In this document: positions 31,758 to 41,192 of the stretch, one piece after another | Position numbering within the stretch: position 1 is the stretch's first letter | Layout: each line of letters opens with the position of its first letter | Origin: Armatimonadota bacterium | GTDB taxonomy: Bacteria; Armatimonadota; Fimbriimonadia; Fimbriimonadales; GBS-DC | Reading direction: 5' to 3' | DNA length: 64,000 nt | Assembly (NCBI GenBank): GCA_037444405.1 | Contig: JBBIML010000008.1 | Coordinates: 4,225 to 68,224, forward strand | Translations under genes and position numbers: made by a program | The notes under the pieces: generated by a model | Seen by the model: the letters and a program-made list of their open reading frames with translations, nothing else | Told to the model about the DNA's origin: nothing | The model's database searches: none

Positions 31758-33154
31758 CCCTGACCTCGCTCGCTCAGTGTTCGCACGCATGCGCGGAACC
31801 GCTCGCCGCGCTCGATAAAGTTGCGGAACTGATCGAAGCTGGCACAGCCTGGCGCCAGAATCACCGTTTCGCCCGATTGCGCCAGCGCGAACGCCTGCTC
31901 GACGGCGCGTTCCAGCGTGCCTGCGTAGCGCCAGTTCGTGTAGCCTGCCGCGCTCAGGCACGCGCCGATGCGTTCGCCATCCCGACCGATCAGCATCGCC
32001 GCGCGGCAATATCGGCGGATTGCATCGGCGAGCTGCTCCGCTGAATCGTTCTTGTCGACGCCGCCCGCAATCACGATGCAGGGCTTGGGCGCAAGGCGCA
32101 GAGAGTAATCGAGCGCGGCGGCGTTTGTACACATCGAATTGTTGATGAACCGCACGCCCTTGATTTCGGCGACGAACTCCATGCGGTGAGGCACGCCGCG
32201 AAAGCTTGCCAGCGCTGTTTGAATCTGCGCCTCGCTACAGCCCACTATCCGCGCGACAGTTGCTGCTAAAAGTGCCCCCTCACCCATACCCATACCCTCT
32301 CCCCCGCAGGCGGGAGAGAGGGCTTTGAGGTCTTCATCTCCCCACAGGGAAGCGGGATTCAGGATCAGATGTCCCGCGCGTTCCACATTCAGCAGTCCGG
32401 GGCAGTTCTCGGCACGCAGCCATTTTAGAAGCTGCTGGATGCCTGCGTCGTTGCCGTTCAGCACTGCCCAGTCGTCGGGCGTCAGGTTCTCCAGCAATCG
32501 CCCCTTCGCCCGCGCGTACGCCTCAAAACTGCCGTGATAGTCCAGATGGTCGGGCGTGATGGTGGTGATGACCGCGATGCGCGGGCGAAATTGATGGATG
32601 TTTTGCAGCTGAAACGAGCTAACCTCCGCCACAAGCCACTCGTCGGGCTGCGCCTTGAGCGCGGCGGTGGTGAGCGTCTGGTCGCTTTCGGTGCCCGCGA
32701 TATTGCCGCACAGGTGCGCCCGGATGCCTGCATGGGTCAGCAGGTGGTGGATGAGCGCGGCGGTCGTCGTTTTGGCGTTCGTGCCCGTGATGGCAATAAT
32801 GGGCGCCTTTGCGAGGCGGTAGCCCAGCTCGATCTCGCTCCAGATGGGGACACCGTGCGCGCGGGCGCCCTCAAACAGCGGGTGCGACGGGGGCAGGGCA
32901 GGGCTGACGATAATCAGATCGGGCGGCGATTCCCAGTCAGGCACATCCTGTTGCGGGAACTCTGCAATGGTGATTTCCATATCAGGATCGGCTGGTGCGT
33001 CTTCCAGATGCGCTATCAACTGTTCCAGTGCATCCAGCTGCATGTCGCGGTCATACAGTTCGAGGGTGGCGCCGCGCTGGAGCAGGGCAGCCGCAGCGGC
33101 TATCCCACTGCGCCCCGTGCCAACGATTGCCACCCGCATCTCGCTCCAGTTCAT
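31754..33154 (-). CDS. murD: MurD ligase with divergent motifs
   Basis: VSPALP, AEVSSFQL, ITPDHLDYH, FRGVPHRMEF, LAPGCASFDQF; position between mraY and ftsW. Confidence 0.9.
   Translation of the reverse strand: MNWSEMRVAIVGTGRSGIAAAAALLQRGATLELYDRDMQLDALEQLIAHLEDAPADPDMEITIAEFPQQDVPDWESPPDLIIVSPALPPSHPLFEGARAHGVPIWSEIELGYRLAKAPIIAITGTNAKTTTAALIHHLLTHAGIRAHLCGNIAGTESDQTLTTAALKAQPDEWLVAEVSSFQLQNIHQFRPRIAVITTITPDHLDYHGSFEAYARAKGRLLENLTPDDWAVLNGNDAGIQQLLKWLRAENCPGLLNVERAGHLILNPASLWGDEDLKALSPACGGEGMGMGEGALLAATVARIVGCSEAQIQTALASFRGVPHRMEFVAEIKGVRFINNSMCTNAAALDYSLRLAPKPCIVIAGGVDKNDSAEQLADAIRRYCRAAMLIGRDGERIGACLSAAGYTNWRYAGTLERAVEQAFALAQSGETVILAPGCASFDQFRNFIERGERFRACVRTLSERGQG
32275..32322 (+). repeat. 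Hairpin repeat copy, in-frame inside murD
   Basis: ccccctcacccatacccataccctctcccccgcaggcgggagagaggg. Confidence 0.88.
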
Positions 33155-34209
33155 CGCAGCCCTCCCGAAAGCGCGTACGCCACCAGTCCCGTCAGCGCGC
33201 CCGCAATCCAGAACCGACCCACAATCAAGCTCTCCTGCCAGCCCAGCAGCTCAAAATGGTGGTGGATGGGCGTCGCGCGGAAGATGCGCCGTTTGAGCAA
33301 CTTCACCGCGCTCAGCTGAATAATCACAGTGATGATCTCGATCGCGAACACCAGCCCGATCAGCACGAACAGCGCGGCGTGCGGGAGCCACTCACCCGAC
33401 AGGCTTCCAGCGAGCATCAGTTCGCGCCAGGTGATTAACGCGAAGATCGCGCCGAGCGCCATCGAGCCGGTGTCGCCCATGAACACATGTGCGGGATGAA
33501 GGTTCCACCACAGGTAGCCGAGCGCGGCACCACACCAGAGCATCGCGGTGATGACGCTCAGTGTGTCGCGACAGAGCGCGGCGAGGGCGCCGAACGCAAT
33601 CACGCTCAGCCCCGCTGCCAGCCCGTCCAGCCCATCCGTCAGGTTGAAAGCGTTCACCCAGCCGACCACCCACACCAGCCCCAGCAGCCAGAAGGCGAGG
33701 GGCAGGGCAGGGGAGGGAAGAGCAGGCGCGTTCGCTCCATCGGCAAGAGGGGCGTTCAGCAACTGCGCCGGGATGCTCGCTGTTGCATAGAGCGCGATTG
33801 CCGCCATCAGCGCCTGCAGCAGCAGTTTCATTTTCCACTCCAGCCCACGCCGCCCCAGCCAGCGACGCGCCAGATAGTCGTCGACGAATCCCAGCAGGGC
33901 AAACAGCCCCGCCGCGGCGAAGAAGATGAGCAACGGCACAAGGTACAGGCTACCCCGCGGAACAGACTGGAGCAGGGATGTCCCAGCCGCTGTTTGCACA
34001 GGATGGGGCAGGAATGCGAACGCGAGCAGCCCGACCGCCACGCCGAGCAGAATGATGAACCCGCCCATCGTGGGCGTGCCCTCCTTCGCCCGATGGCTTT
34101 CAGGCGCGTAGGAATAGATGCTCTGGCGGATGTTCAGTCGCGCCAGCACACCGATTATCGGCTTGCCCATCACCAGCGCTGTTAGTGCCGCGATCACCAT
34201 CTCCATCAT
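33151..34209 (-). CDS. mraY: Phospho-MurNAc-pentapeptide transferase
   Basis: KEGTPTMGG, GFVDDY, NAFNLTDGLDGL, VFMGDTGS, ATPIHHHFE. Start moved to ATG 34209. Confidence 0.95.
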   Translation of the reverse strand: MMEMVIAALTALVMGKPIIGVLARLNIRQSIYSYAPESHRAKEGTPTMGGFIILLGVAVGLLAFAFLPHPVQTAAGTSLLQSVPRGSLYLVPLLIFFAAAGLFALLGFVDDYLARRWLGRRGLEWKMKLLLQALMAAIALYATASIPAQLLNAPLADGANAPALPSPALPLAFWLLGLVWVVGWVNAFNLTDGLDGLAAGLSVIAFGALAALCRDTLSVITAMLWCGAALGYLWWNLHPAHVFMGDTGSMALGAIFALITWRELMLAGSLSGEWLPHAALFVLIGLVFAIEIITVIIQLSAVKLLKRRIFRATPIHHHFELLGWQESLIVGRFWIAGALTGLVAYALSGGLR

Positions 34210-34223
34210 CTTGCTCAATGTTG

Positions 34224-34264
34224 CCCCCTCACTCGTACCCTCTCCCCATAAACGGGGGAGAGGG
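34224..34264 (+). repeat. Hairpin repeat copy between murF and mraY
   Basis: ccccctcactcgtaccctctccccataaacgggggagaggg. Confidence 0.88.
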
Positions 34265-34271
34265 AGGTTGA

Positions 34272-35672
34272 TTACGCCTTCACGCCCATGATGCGTTCCA
34301 GCCCGATGGCGCGGGAGCCTTTGAGCAGCACCCAGTCGCCTCTTTGCACATTGCGCCAGAGCCACTCCCCTGCGCTCAGCGGGTTCTCGAAGTGCAGCAC
34401 GCGCTGAGGGGGGAACCCGCCCTCCCTGGCGGCAGCCGCCGTCCATAGCACATCGTAGCCGACCAGAATCAGGTAATCAAGCGGCTGAGTGGCAAGCCAG
34501 CGCCCCAGTTGCCAGTGCAGGCGCATGCTATAGGCGCCCAGCTCCTTCATATCGCCCAGAATGGCGATTCGGCGTTTCGCCGGCGCCTGATAGAGCAGCA
34601 CCTGCAGCGCCGCGCGCATCGAATCGGGGTTCGCGTTGTAGGCGTCGTTAATGAGCGTCCAACCGCCGGGCTGGGGCTGAATGTTCATGCGCATCTCGGG
34701 CAGTTGCACCTGCTCCAGCGCGCGTGCCGCCCACTCCAGATCGACGCCCAACACGGCAGCGACCAGCAGGGCGACCGTCGCATTCATCAGCAGATGCTCG
34801 CCCAGATAGGGCAGGGTGAGTTCAACAATTGCTCGCTCGCCTGTGGCGGGTGTCCGAATCTGGATGACGCCTGTGGTGCTGTCAGGCGCAAGGCGCGTTT
34901 CGAGCAGGCAGGCGTCTGATTCGGGATGGCGTCCGAAAGTCAGCACAGGGCAGGGCGCCAGCGAGCGCAGGAACTCATAGAACTTATCGTCACGGGGCAG
35001 GATCGCCCACCCGTCAGGCGGCAACGCCAGCAGCAGCTCGCCCTTCGCCTCTGCAATCGCCTGACGGCTGCCCAGCAGCTCGATGTGTGACCAGCCGATT
35101 TGAGTGATGACGCCGATTTGAGGGCGGGCGATCTCGGCAAGGTAGGCGATTTGCCCGCGCCCGCGCATCGCCATCTCCTGCACCAGCACCCGGTGGTGCG
35201 CCTCCAGCCCGAAGATAGTGAGCGGCACGCCAATCTCGGTGTTGAAGTTGCCCGGGCTGCTCTGAATGGCGCCGGGGTAGCCCGCTTCAAGCGCGGCGGC
35301 GGTCATCGCGCGTGTGGTGGTCTTGCCCGTGCTGCCCGTGATGCCGATAACCACCAGATCGGGCACCTGCATGCGGTAGTGGTGCGCCAGCGTGCCCAGC
35401 GCCTGCAGGGTGGAGGGCACGCGCAGCAGGGGCAGCCCTTCCGCGCCAATCGGGATATACTCCACCACCGCGGCGACCGCGCCCTTCGCGAACACCTCTT
35501 GCAGGTACATGTGTCCATCGGTGCGCTCGCCCCGCAGCGCGAAGAACAGGTCGCCCACCTGCACATTGCGGCTGTCGGTCGTGACGCCCTGCACGCGCTC
35601 CTCGCCCGTCAGCAGCACGGGCAGGCTCACGTGCAACGCCTGCGCAACCTCGCGTGTGGTCATCGCTCTCAT
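34272..35672 (-). CDS. murF: MurF ligase
   Basis: TDSR, ITGSTGKTTT, NFNTEIGVP, INDAYNANPDSM, LGDMKELG, LKGSR. Confidence 0.95.
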   Translation of the reverse strand: MRAMTTREVAQALHVSLPVLLTGEERVQGVTTDSRNVQVGDLFFALRGERTDGHMYLQEVFAKGAVAAVVEYIPIGAEGLPLLRVPSTLQALGTLAHHYRMQVPDLVVIGITGSTGKTTTRAMTAAALEAGYPGAIQSSPGNFNTEIGVPLTIFGLEAHHRVLVQEMAMRGRGQIAYLAEIARPQIGVITQIGWSHIELLGSRQAIAEAKGELLLALPPDGWAILPRDDKFYEFLRSLAPCPVLTFGRHPESDACLLETRLAPDSTTGVIQIRTPATGERAIVELTLPYLGEHLLMNATVALLVAAVLGVDLEWAARALEQVQLPEMRMNIQPQPGGWTLINDAYNANPDSMRAALQVLLYQAPAKRRIAILGDMKELGAYSMRLHWQLGRWLATQPLDYLILVGYDVLWTAAAAREGGFPPQRVLHFENPLSAGEWLWRNVQRGDWVLLKGSRAIGLERIMGVKA

Positions 35673-37255
35673 GCTCGCTTCGCTCCCATCAACTCCAGCA
35701 CGGTCTCACGGTCGCTGAATGGAAACTTTGTCGTGCCGATAATCTGATAGTTCTCGTGTCCTTTGCCTGTTAGCAGGATCAGCTCGCCCGCGATTGCCTG
35801 CGCCAGAGCAATCGCGATTGCGGCGCGCCGATCGGGTTCAATCGCCACCACTTTCTCGCGTCGTTCGGGCGGGATGCCTGCCACTATTTGCTCAAGGATG
35901 CGTTCGAGCGGTTCGGTGCGCGGATTATCGGCGGTCAGGATCACGCGGTCGGCGAGTTCGGTGGCGATGGCGCCCATCACGGGGCGTTTGGTCGGGTCGC
36001 GGTCGCCCCCGCAGCCGAACAGGATGGTGAGGCGTGTGGGTTCCAGCGCCCGTGCCGCCTCCAGCAGGCGTCGGAGGGCGTCGGGCGTGTGCGCGTAGTC
36101 CACAATCACGGTGAAGGGAGCATCGATGGGCACACGCTCGAAGCGCCCGGGCACACGCTCCACGCGTTGCAGACCCTCCTGAATGGCTTCAATCGGCAGT
36201 TCGAGGCTGAGCGCGGCGGCAATCGCGCCCAGCGCGTTCTGCAGGTTGTACGGGGCACTGAGCCGAATGCGGGCGGGGAAGCGCAACGGCTTGCCTGCAT
36301 CCGCCTGCACGATGAACTGGATGCCATCGGTGTGAATCTGCACATCGGTGGCTCGCACGCGCGCGTTCGGCTGCGTGCCGTAAGTCCACAGATCGCCTTC
36401 GGCACGCTCGGCGAACCACGCGCCCCATTCCGCATCGAGATTGATGACGGCGCGGAACGGTTTGCCCGACTGGCGTGCCAGCTCGGTGAACAGGCGCAGT
36501 TTGGCGGCGGCGTAAGCCTCCATCGTGGGGTGATAGTCCAGATGTTCAGGCGTGAGGTTGGTGAAGATGCCTGCGTCGAAGCGGATGCCGTCGGCGCGGC
36601 GCTGGTCGAGCGCGTGCGAGGAGACCTCCATCGCGACGGCGCGGGCGCCCCGCTCCAGCGCACGGCACAACAGCGCCTGCAGCACAAACGGCTCTGGCGT
36701 GGTCAGGACAGGTCCCTCACCCCCTGCCCCCTCTCCCACGCTGTGGGAGAGGGGATTTTCCATACCCCTCTCCCCCGCAAGCAGGGGAGAGGGTACGGGT
36801 AAGGGGGTATTTTCCAGTGGCTGGGGTAGCACGACGCCCAGCGTGCCAATCAGCGCACAGGGCAGACCTGCCGCCTCGAAAATCGCGCGCATCAGGTGCG
36901 TGGTGGTGGTCTTGCCGTTGGTGCCCGTGACGCCCACCACCGTTAGCTGGCGACTCGCGTCCCCGTAAAATCGTTGAGCGATTCGCCACAGTGCATCGCG
37001 CGTGTCGTCCACCTGTGCCCATGCGGGGGCGTCGGGCGGGATGGCGCGTGCATCGCTCACCAGCAGCGCGGCGGCGCCCCGCTTAATCGCCTCTTGCAAG
37101 AACTGATGCCCGTCGTGGCGCGTGCCTTTGAGCGCAACGAACAGATCGCCCGCCTGCACCTGACGCGAATCGACCTGAATGGCGCGGATCCAGCTGTCGC
37201 CATACAGCCGATGCGCCACGCCAGCCTCCTGCAACAGTTCGCTCAAGCGTTTCAT
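35669..37255 (-). CDS. murE: MurE ligase (meso-DAP type, DNPR motif)
   Basis: VTGTNGKTTT, MEVSSH, FTNLTPEHLDYH, VDYAHTPD, DNPR, GKGHE. Confidence 0.96.
   Translation of the reverse strand: MKRLSELLQEAGVAHRLYGDSWIRAIQVDSRQVQAGDLFVALKGTRHDGHQFLQEAIKRGAAALLVSDARAIPPDAPAWAQVDDTRDALWRIAQRFYGDASRQLTVVGVTGTNGKTTTTHLMRAIFEAAGLPCALIGTLGVVLPQPLENTPLPVPSPLLAGERGMENPLSHSVGEGAGGEGPVLTTPEPFVLQALLCRALERGARAVAMEVSSHALDQRRADGIRFDAGIFTNLTPEHLDYHPTMEAYAAAKLRLFTELARQSGKPFRAVINLDAEWGAWFAERAEGDLWTYGTQPNARVRATDVQIHTDGIQFIVQADAGKPLRFPARIRLSAPYNLQNALGAIAAALSLELPIEAIQEGLQRVERVPGRFERVPIDAPFTVIVDYAHTPDALRRLLEAARALEPTRLTILFGCGGDRDPTKRPVMGAIATELADRVILTADNPRTEPLERILEQIVAGIPPERREKVVAIEPDRRAAIAIALAQAIAGELILLTGKGHENYQIIGTTKFPFSDRETVLELMGAKRA
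36714..36807. repeat. Two inverted hairpin repeat copies, in-frame inside murE (36714-36754 and 36765-36807)
   Basis: ccctcaccccctgccccctctcccacgctgtgggagagggg followed by ccctctcccccgcaagcaggggagagggtacgggtaaggggg. Confidence 0.9.
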
Positions 37256-39060
37256 GCTCGGTTAGACCTCGCTCTGCTTTTAAGTTCTCTGCTGGGCTGG
37301 ATTTTCCAGTACCAGAGCAGGAACTGGGCGATTCGGCGGAAGGTGGGCGCTGCGACCTCGCCGCCGTAGTAGCCGTTGCGCGGTTCGTCTGCAAGCACCA
37401 TGACGACGGCGCGCGGTTCATCGGCGGGCACGATGCCGATGAAAGAGGCGATATATTTGCCGCGCACATAGCCGCGTTCGGGGATGGCTTTCTGTGCCGT
37501 GCCCGTTTTGCCCGCGATCCAGTAGCCGGGTATCTGCGCCTGCCTACCCGTGCCTTCCTCAACTGCCTGCACCAACGCATGCAGGATGAGCCGCGCGATT
37601 GCGGGCTGAACCACCTGTGTGGTTTTCAGATCGGTGCGTCCGTAGAGCAAGTGGGGCTGGATCCAGCGTCCATCGTTGGCGAGCGCGGCGTAGGCGGCGG
37701 CAAGCGCGAGGGGCGTCACGAACACGCCTTGCCCGAAGGCGAGGTTCGCCTCGCGCAGGGTACGCCCATATCGCACGCGCTGAGGCGGCTCCGTCCAGCC
37801 TGTCCATTCGGAAGGCAGCTCGATGCCCGTCGGCTCCAGCAGGTGGAACCGCTGTAGCCCCCTGTACAACCGCTCCAGCCCCATTCGCAAGCCAATCTGT
37901 GCGCAAGCGATGTTGCAGGAGTTTTTCAGCACCTGCTCGGGCGTCTGCCAGCCGTGAACACGCCCATGAACCACGCAGTGGATCTGTTTCCTGCTGACCA
38001 CAAAGCGGTTGTTGCAGAAGAATCGGTCGGTTGGGCGCACGATGCCCGCGTCGAGCGCGGCAGCCAGCACGACTGGCTTAAGCGTGGAGCCCGGTTCGTA
38101 CAGGAAGGTGATGGCGCGGTTGCGCAGCGGTTCGGCGCTGCGTTCCAGCCCTTTGCGCGTGATGGGGTCGAAGGTGGGGCGGTTGGCGAGCGCGAGGAGT
38201 TCGCCTGTGCGTACATTCAGCACCATCGCCAGCGCGCCTGCAGGCTGATGTCGGCGCACCAGCTCGTCCAGCGCGTCCTCCACAGCCTGTTGAATTTCGA
38301 CATCGAGCGTGAGTCGCACGGGTTCGCCATCGACAGGCGGCACCCGCCGGCGCAGGGTTTCGGGGATAATGGCGCCGTTCGGCGCGACCTCGCCCTCTTC
38401 CTGACCATTTTTGCCGTTCAGGCGCGCGTCCATCGAAAGCTCCAGCCCGCAAAGGGGCTTGAGCGTGTTGCCCTGTTCGCGGTTCTCTTCGAGGGTGGTC
38501 AGCCCCACGACCTGGGCAGCAAGCCGTCCTTCGGGCAGATCGCGCGAGGGCACGACCTCTCTCATGAGGATGGCGAGCCGTTCACGGGTAGGTGTGCGCC
38601 GATAGGCTTGCAGGAGCGGTTCGGCGCGCGCCTGCGGCACGAAGGTGGCGATTCGCAGGTAGCGGGACCCGATCGCCTGCGCCCCTTCGATGGCAGCCTG
38701 CAGACGGTTCGCGTCGAGTTTCAGCCCCTGTGCGAGCCAGCGAGCGGTCGCAGCGGGATCGCGCACGCTCCGCGGGTCAATCGCCAGGTGGTAATGGAAG
38801 GTGGTGCGGGCGAGGGGTCGTCCATAGCGGTCAAGGATGGCGCCGCGTCGGGCGAGCAGTGGGCGCGTGCGCTCACGACGAATGCGGGCAGCCTCACGCA
38901 TCTCCTCCGCCTGAAGTACCTGCAGGGTGAAGAGCCGCCCGACAATCAGCATGCCGCCCAGCGCCATCAGCCCACTCGCGACCGCCAGGCGCTGCGACTC
39001 CTGCTGGCGCTGGCGTGCCTCGCCCGCTGTATACACGACCGCTGTGCCCCGCTGTTTCAC
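37252..39060 (-). CDS. ftsI: Class B penicillin-binding protein (FtsI-like)
   Basis: ARRGAILDR, EPGSTLK (SxxK), SCN (SxN), KTGTAQK. Confidence 0.9.
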   Translation of the reverse strand: MKQRGTAVVYTAGEARQRQQESQRLAVASGLMALGGMLIVGRLFTLQVLQAEEMREAARIRRERTRPLLARRGAILDRYGRPLARTTFHYHLAIDPRSVRDPAATARWLAQGLKLDANRLQAAIEGAQAIGSRYLRIATFVPQARAEPLLQAYRRTPTRERLAILMREVVPSRDLPEGRLAAQVVGLTTLEENREQGNTLKPLCGLELSMDARLNGKNGQEEGEVAPNGAIIPETLRRRVPPVDGEPVRLTLDVEIQQAVEDALDELVRRHQPAGALAMVLNVRTGELLALANRPTFDPITRKGLERSAEPLRNRAITFLYEPGSTLKPVVLAAALDAGIVRPTDRFFCNNRFVVSRKQIHCVVHGRVHGWQTPEQVLKNSCNIACAQIGLRMGLERLYRGLQRFHLLEPTGIELPSEWTGWTEPPQRVRYGRTLREANLAFGQGVFVTPLALAAAYAALANDGRWIQPHLLYGRTDLKTTQVVQPAIARLILHALVQAVEEGTGRQAQIPGYWIAGKTGTAQKAIPERGYVRGKYIASFIGIVPADEPRAVVMVLADEPRNGYYGGEVAAPTFRRIAQFLLWYWKIQPSRELKSRARSNRA

Positions 39061-39509
39061 ATCTCTCCCTCCTGTGAAGGTCGTGTCGCTGTCGCGACCA
39101 TTGCCAGTGGACGGTCAACGGCAGCAACGGTGGTAACAGAGACAACCGCTGCGCTCTGGGTCTCGGCGCGCACCATGCCCTGCGCCTGCGCCCAGTGCTG
39201 AACGACTGGCTCCGCCGTGAGCGCGTTCAGGTGCATCCGCAACGCCTCATTCTGCTGCTGAAGCTGCTGAATCTCTTTTTCGAGGGTGGTGCGTCGCGCG
39301 CTCTCGTAGTTGAGCAGGGCAATCCCCGTCAGATGCGCCGCGATGAACAGCAGGCAGAACGCGACGGGCAGTATGAATACGAGCCGATTGCTCCTGCGGC
39401 GAGTGTGTGGGTGTCGGGCAGGGCGAGCGTGAGCAGGCGTCCATGCGCCCGGTGGCGGGGCAGGATGCATCCTGCGCTGTACCGTTCCTGGTTTCGTTAA
39501 GGTCTTCAT
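39057..39509 (-). CDS. ftsL: FtsL-like protein
   Basis: TM plus coiled coil plus AQAQGMV, between rsmH and ftsI. GGAGG 8 nt before ATG 39509. Confidence 0.7.
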   Translation of the reverse strand: MKTLTKPGTVQRRMHPAPPPGAWTPAHARPARHPHTRRRSNRLVFILPVAFCLLFIAAHLTGIALLNYESARRTTLEKEIQQLQQQNEALRMHLNALTAEPVVQHWAQAQGMVRAETQSAAVVSVTTVAAVDRPLAMVATATRPSQEGEM

Positions 39510-39533
39510 TGGTTGCACCTCCGTGTCCTCTCG

Positions 39534-40469
39534 CTATGCCACGCGCTGTGCTGCACGCAGTTTCGCGCTGCGGGCGCGCGGATTCTGACAAATCTCCTCA
39601 TCCTCTGGCTCTAACGGCTTGGGTGTCAGCACCTGCAGTTGCGGGCGTGGGGATGACGGCGTGCGCGTGCCGCCCACCAGCGCATGTTCAGGCTGACGCA
39701 CGCTCAGATTGCGGAAAGCGTGCTTGACCGCGCGGTCCTCCAGCGAGTGGTACGCCAGCGTCACGATGCGCCCGCCCACGCGCAGGCAACCGCAGATGGC
39801 TTCCAGCGATTCTTGAAGCCGATCCAGCTCGCGATTGACCGCGATGCGAATCGCCTGAAAGGTGCGCGTGGCAGGGTGGATGCGTTTATCCTGATATTTG
39901 CGCGGGATGGCTTCCAGCACGGCGGCAACGAGGTCGCCCGTGGTGTTCATGCGTCCCGCCTCGCGTCGGCGGATAATCGCTTTCGCGATGGCGTTCGCCC
40001 AGCGTTCGCCCCCGTATTCGCGCAGGATTCGCGCCAGCTCGCCCACCGAGACTCGCTGCAACAGTGTGGCTGCCGTCTCTGTCTGCGAGCGGTCGAGACG
40101 CATATCGAGCGGGGCGTCGTAGCGGAACGCCAGCCCGCGCTGCGGGTCATCCAGCTGCGCCGAGCAGACGCCCATATCGATTAAAATCGCGTCCACCTCT
40201 GTTATGCCCAGCTCGCGCAAGATGTCGGGCAGGTGGCGGTAGTCCCCGTGGATCAGGTGGAGTGTGACAGGCAGGTCGCGCAGGTGCTGGTAGGCGAGTT
40301 CAAGCATGCTTTCGTCACGGTCGATGGCGATCAGGGTTCCGCTCCGTCCGATTCGTTCGGCGAGGGCGCGCGCGTGTCCGCCCGTCCCCACCGTGCCATC
40401 GACCACCACGCCTTTGGGCGGTGGCTCCAGCAATCTCAGCACCTGTTCCAGCATTACGGGCTTGTGCAT
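39534..40469 (-). CDS. rsmH: 16S rRNA m4C1402 methyltransferase
   Basis: HKPVML, DGTVGTGGH, PLDMRLD, HPATRTFQAIRIAVNREL, YHSLEDR, NPRARSAKLR. Confidence 0.97.
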   Translation of the reverse strand: MHKPVMLEQVLRLLEPPPKGVVVDGTVGTGGHARALAERIGRSGTLIAIDRDESMLELAYQHLRDLPVTLHLIHGDYRHLPDILRELGITEVDAILIDMGVCSAQLDDPQRGLAFRYDAPLDMRLDRSQTETAATLLQRVSVGELARILREYGGERWANAIAKAIIRRREAGRMNTTGDLVAAVLEAIPRKYQDKRIHPATRTFQAIRIAVNRELDRLQESLEAICGCLRVGGRIVTLAYHSLEDRAVKHAFRNLSVRQPEHALVGGTRTPSSPRPQLQVLTPKPLEPEDEEICQNPRARSAKLRAAQRVA

Positions 40470-40476
40470 ATCGACC

Positions 40477-40920
40477 TCAGATGTTCATCTGCACGGCTAA
40501 CTCCATCAGTTCGTCGCCCTGCTCCAGCTCGGTGCGCATGAGCGCCTCGTAGCGCGGGCGGCTCCAGATTTCGACCCAGTTCGCACAGCCTGCGATCAGC
40601 ACTTCCGAGTTCGGCTCGATCTGCGCCCATTCGCGCAGCTCCTGCGGGATGGCGACGCGACCCTGGCTATCAGGCATCACTTCGGTCGCGTTGGTGTACA
40701 GGAAGCGTTGCAGGCGGATTTTGCGGGGGTCAAACAGTGCGCCGTCATCAAACTTACTGCCCAGCCGCTGCCACTGGTCAGTGGTGAAAACAAACAGGCA
40801 GCCGCCGAAGCCGCGCGTGATGATGAACCGCTCGCCCAGCATCGAGCGGAAGCGCATCGGGATCACGATGCGCCCCTTGTCATCCACCGCATAGTAGCTT
40901 CCGCCCTGAAACTTCGCCAT
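40477..40920 (-). CDS. mraZ: dcw transcriptional repressor MraZ
   Basis: VDDKGRIVIP, DSQGRVAIP, VEIWS. Confidence 0.96.
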   Translation of the reverse strand: MAKFQGGSYYAVDDKGRIVIPMRFRSMLGERFIITRGFGGCLFVFTTDQWQRLGSKFDDGALFDPRKIRLQRFLYTNATEVMPDSQGRVAIPQELREWAQIEPNSEVLIAGCANWVEIWSRPRYEALMRTELEQGDELMELAVQMNI

Positions 40921-40949
40921 GTCGCGTCACCGCCGCTTGCGTCTGTTTA

Positions 40950-40986
40950 CCACTGAGCTACCACTGAGTCTCCACCAATCCTCCAC
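40950..40986 (-). promoter_or_regulatory. Four GTGG boxes (putative MraZ operator)
   Basis: CCAC on the + strand at 40950, 40961, 40972 and 40983, exact 11-nt period. Confidence 0.75.
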
Positions 40987-40994
40987 TGGGATAT

Positions 40995-41023
40995 ATTATA
41001 GCACACGAATGCGCGTTTGTCAA
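40995..41023 (-). promoter_or_regulatory. Consensus sigma70-type promoter of the dcw operon
   Basis: TTGACA (41023-41018), 17 nt, TATAAT (41000-40995). Confidence 0.9.
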
Positions 41024-41127
41024 GGGGTTAAGCCCCACAAACCCCCAGATTTGGGCGAAATTCCCCCCAATTTCCGATATGTTGGGGTTGACAGAGAGGG
41101 TTTGTGGTGTCCGCAAGAGGTTTTAAG

Positions 41128-41169
41128 CCCCCTCACCCGTACCCTCTCCCCCGCAAGCGGGGGAGAGGG
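41128..41169 (+). repeat. Hairpin repeat, most perfect copy (intergenic)
   Basis: ccccctcacccgta + CCCTCTCCCCCGC-aa-GCGGGGGAGAGGG, a 13-bp perfect inverted repeat. Confidence 0.92.
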
Positions 41170-41192
41170 AGTTCAGAAACTGCGGGTGGGAG

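Noticed and set aside
33690-33765. Possible ninth hairpin-repeat copy in the mraY loop APALPSPALP
   Set aside because: Purine/pyrimidine-rich but no convincing stem or CCCTCACCC arm.
41035-41107. 10-bp inverted repeat CCACAAACCC...GGGTTTGTGG upstream of mraZ as a MITE or ncRNA
   Set aside because: Too short, single occurrence, no target duplication.
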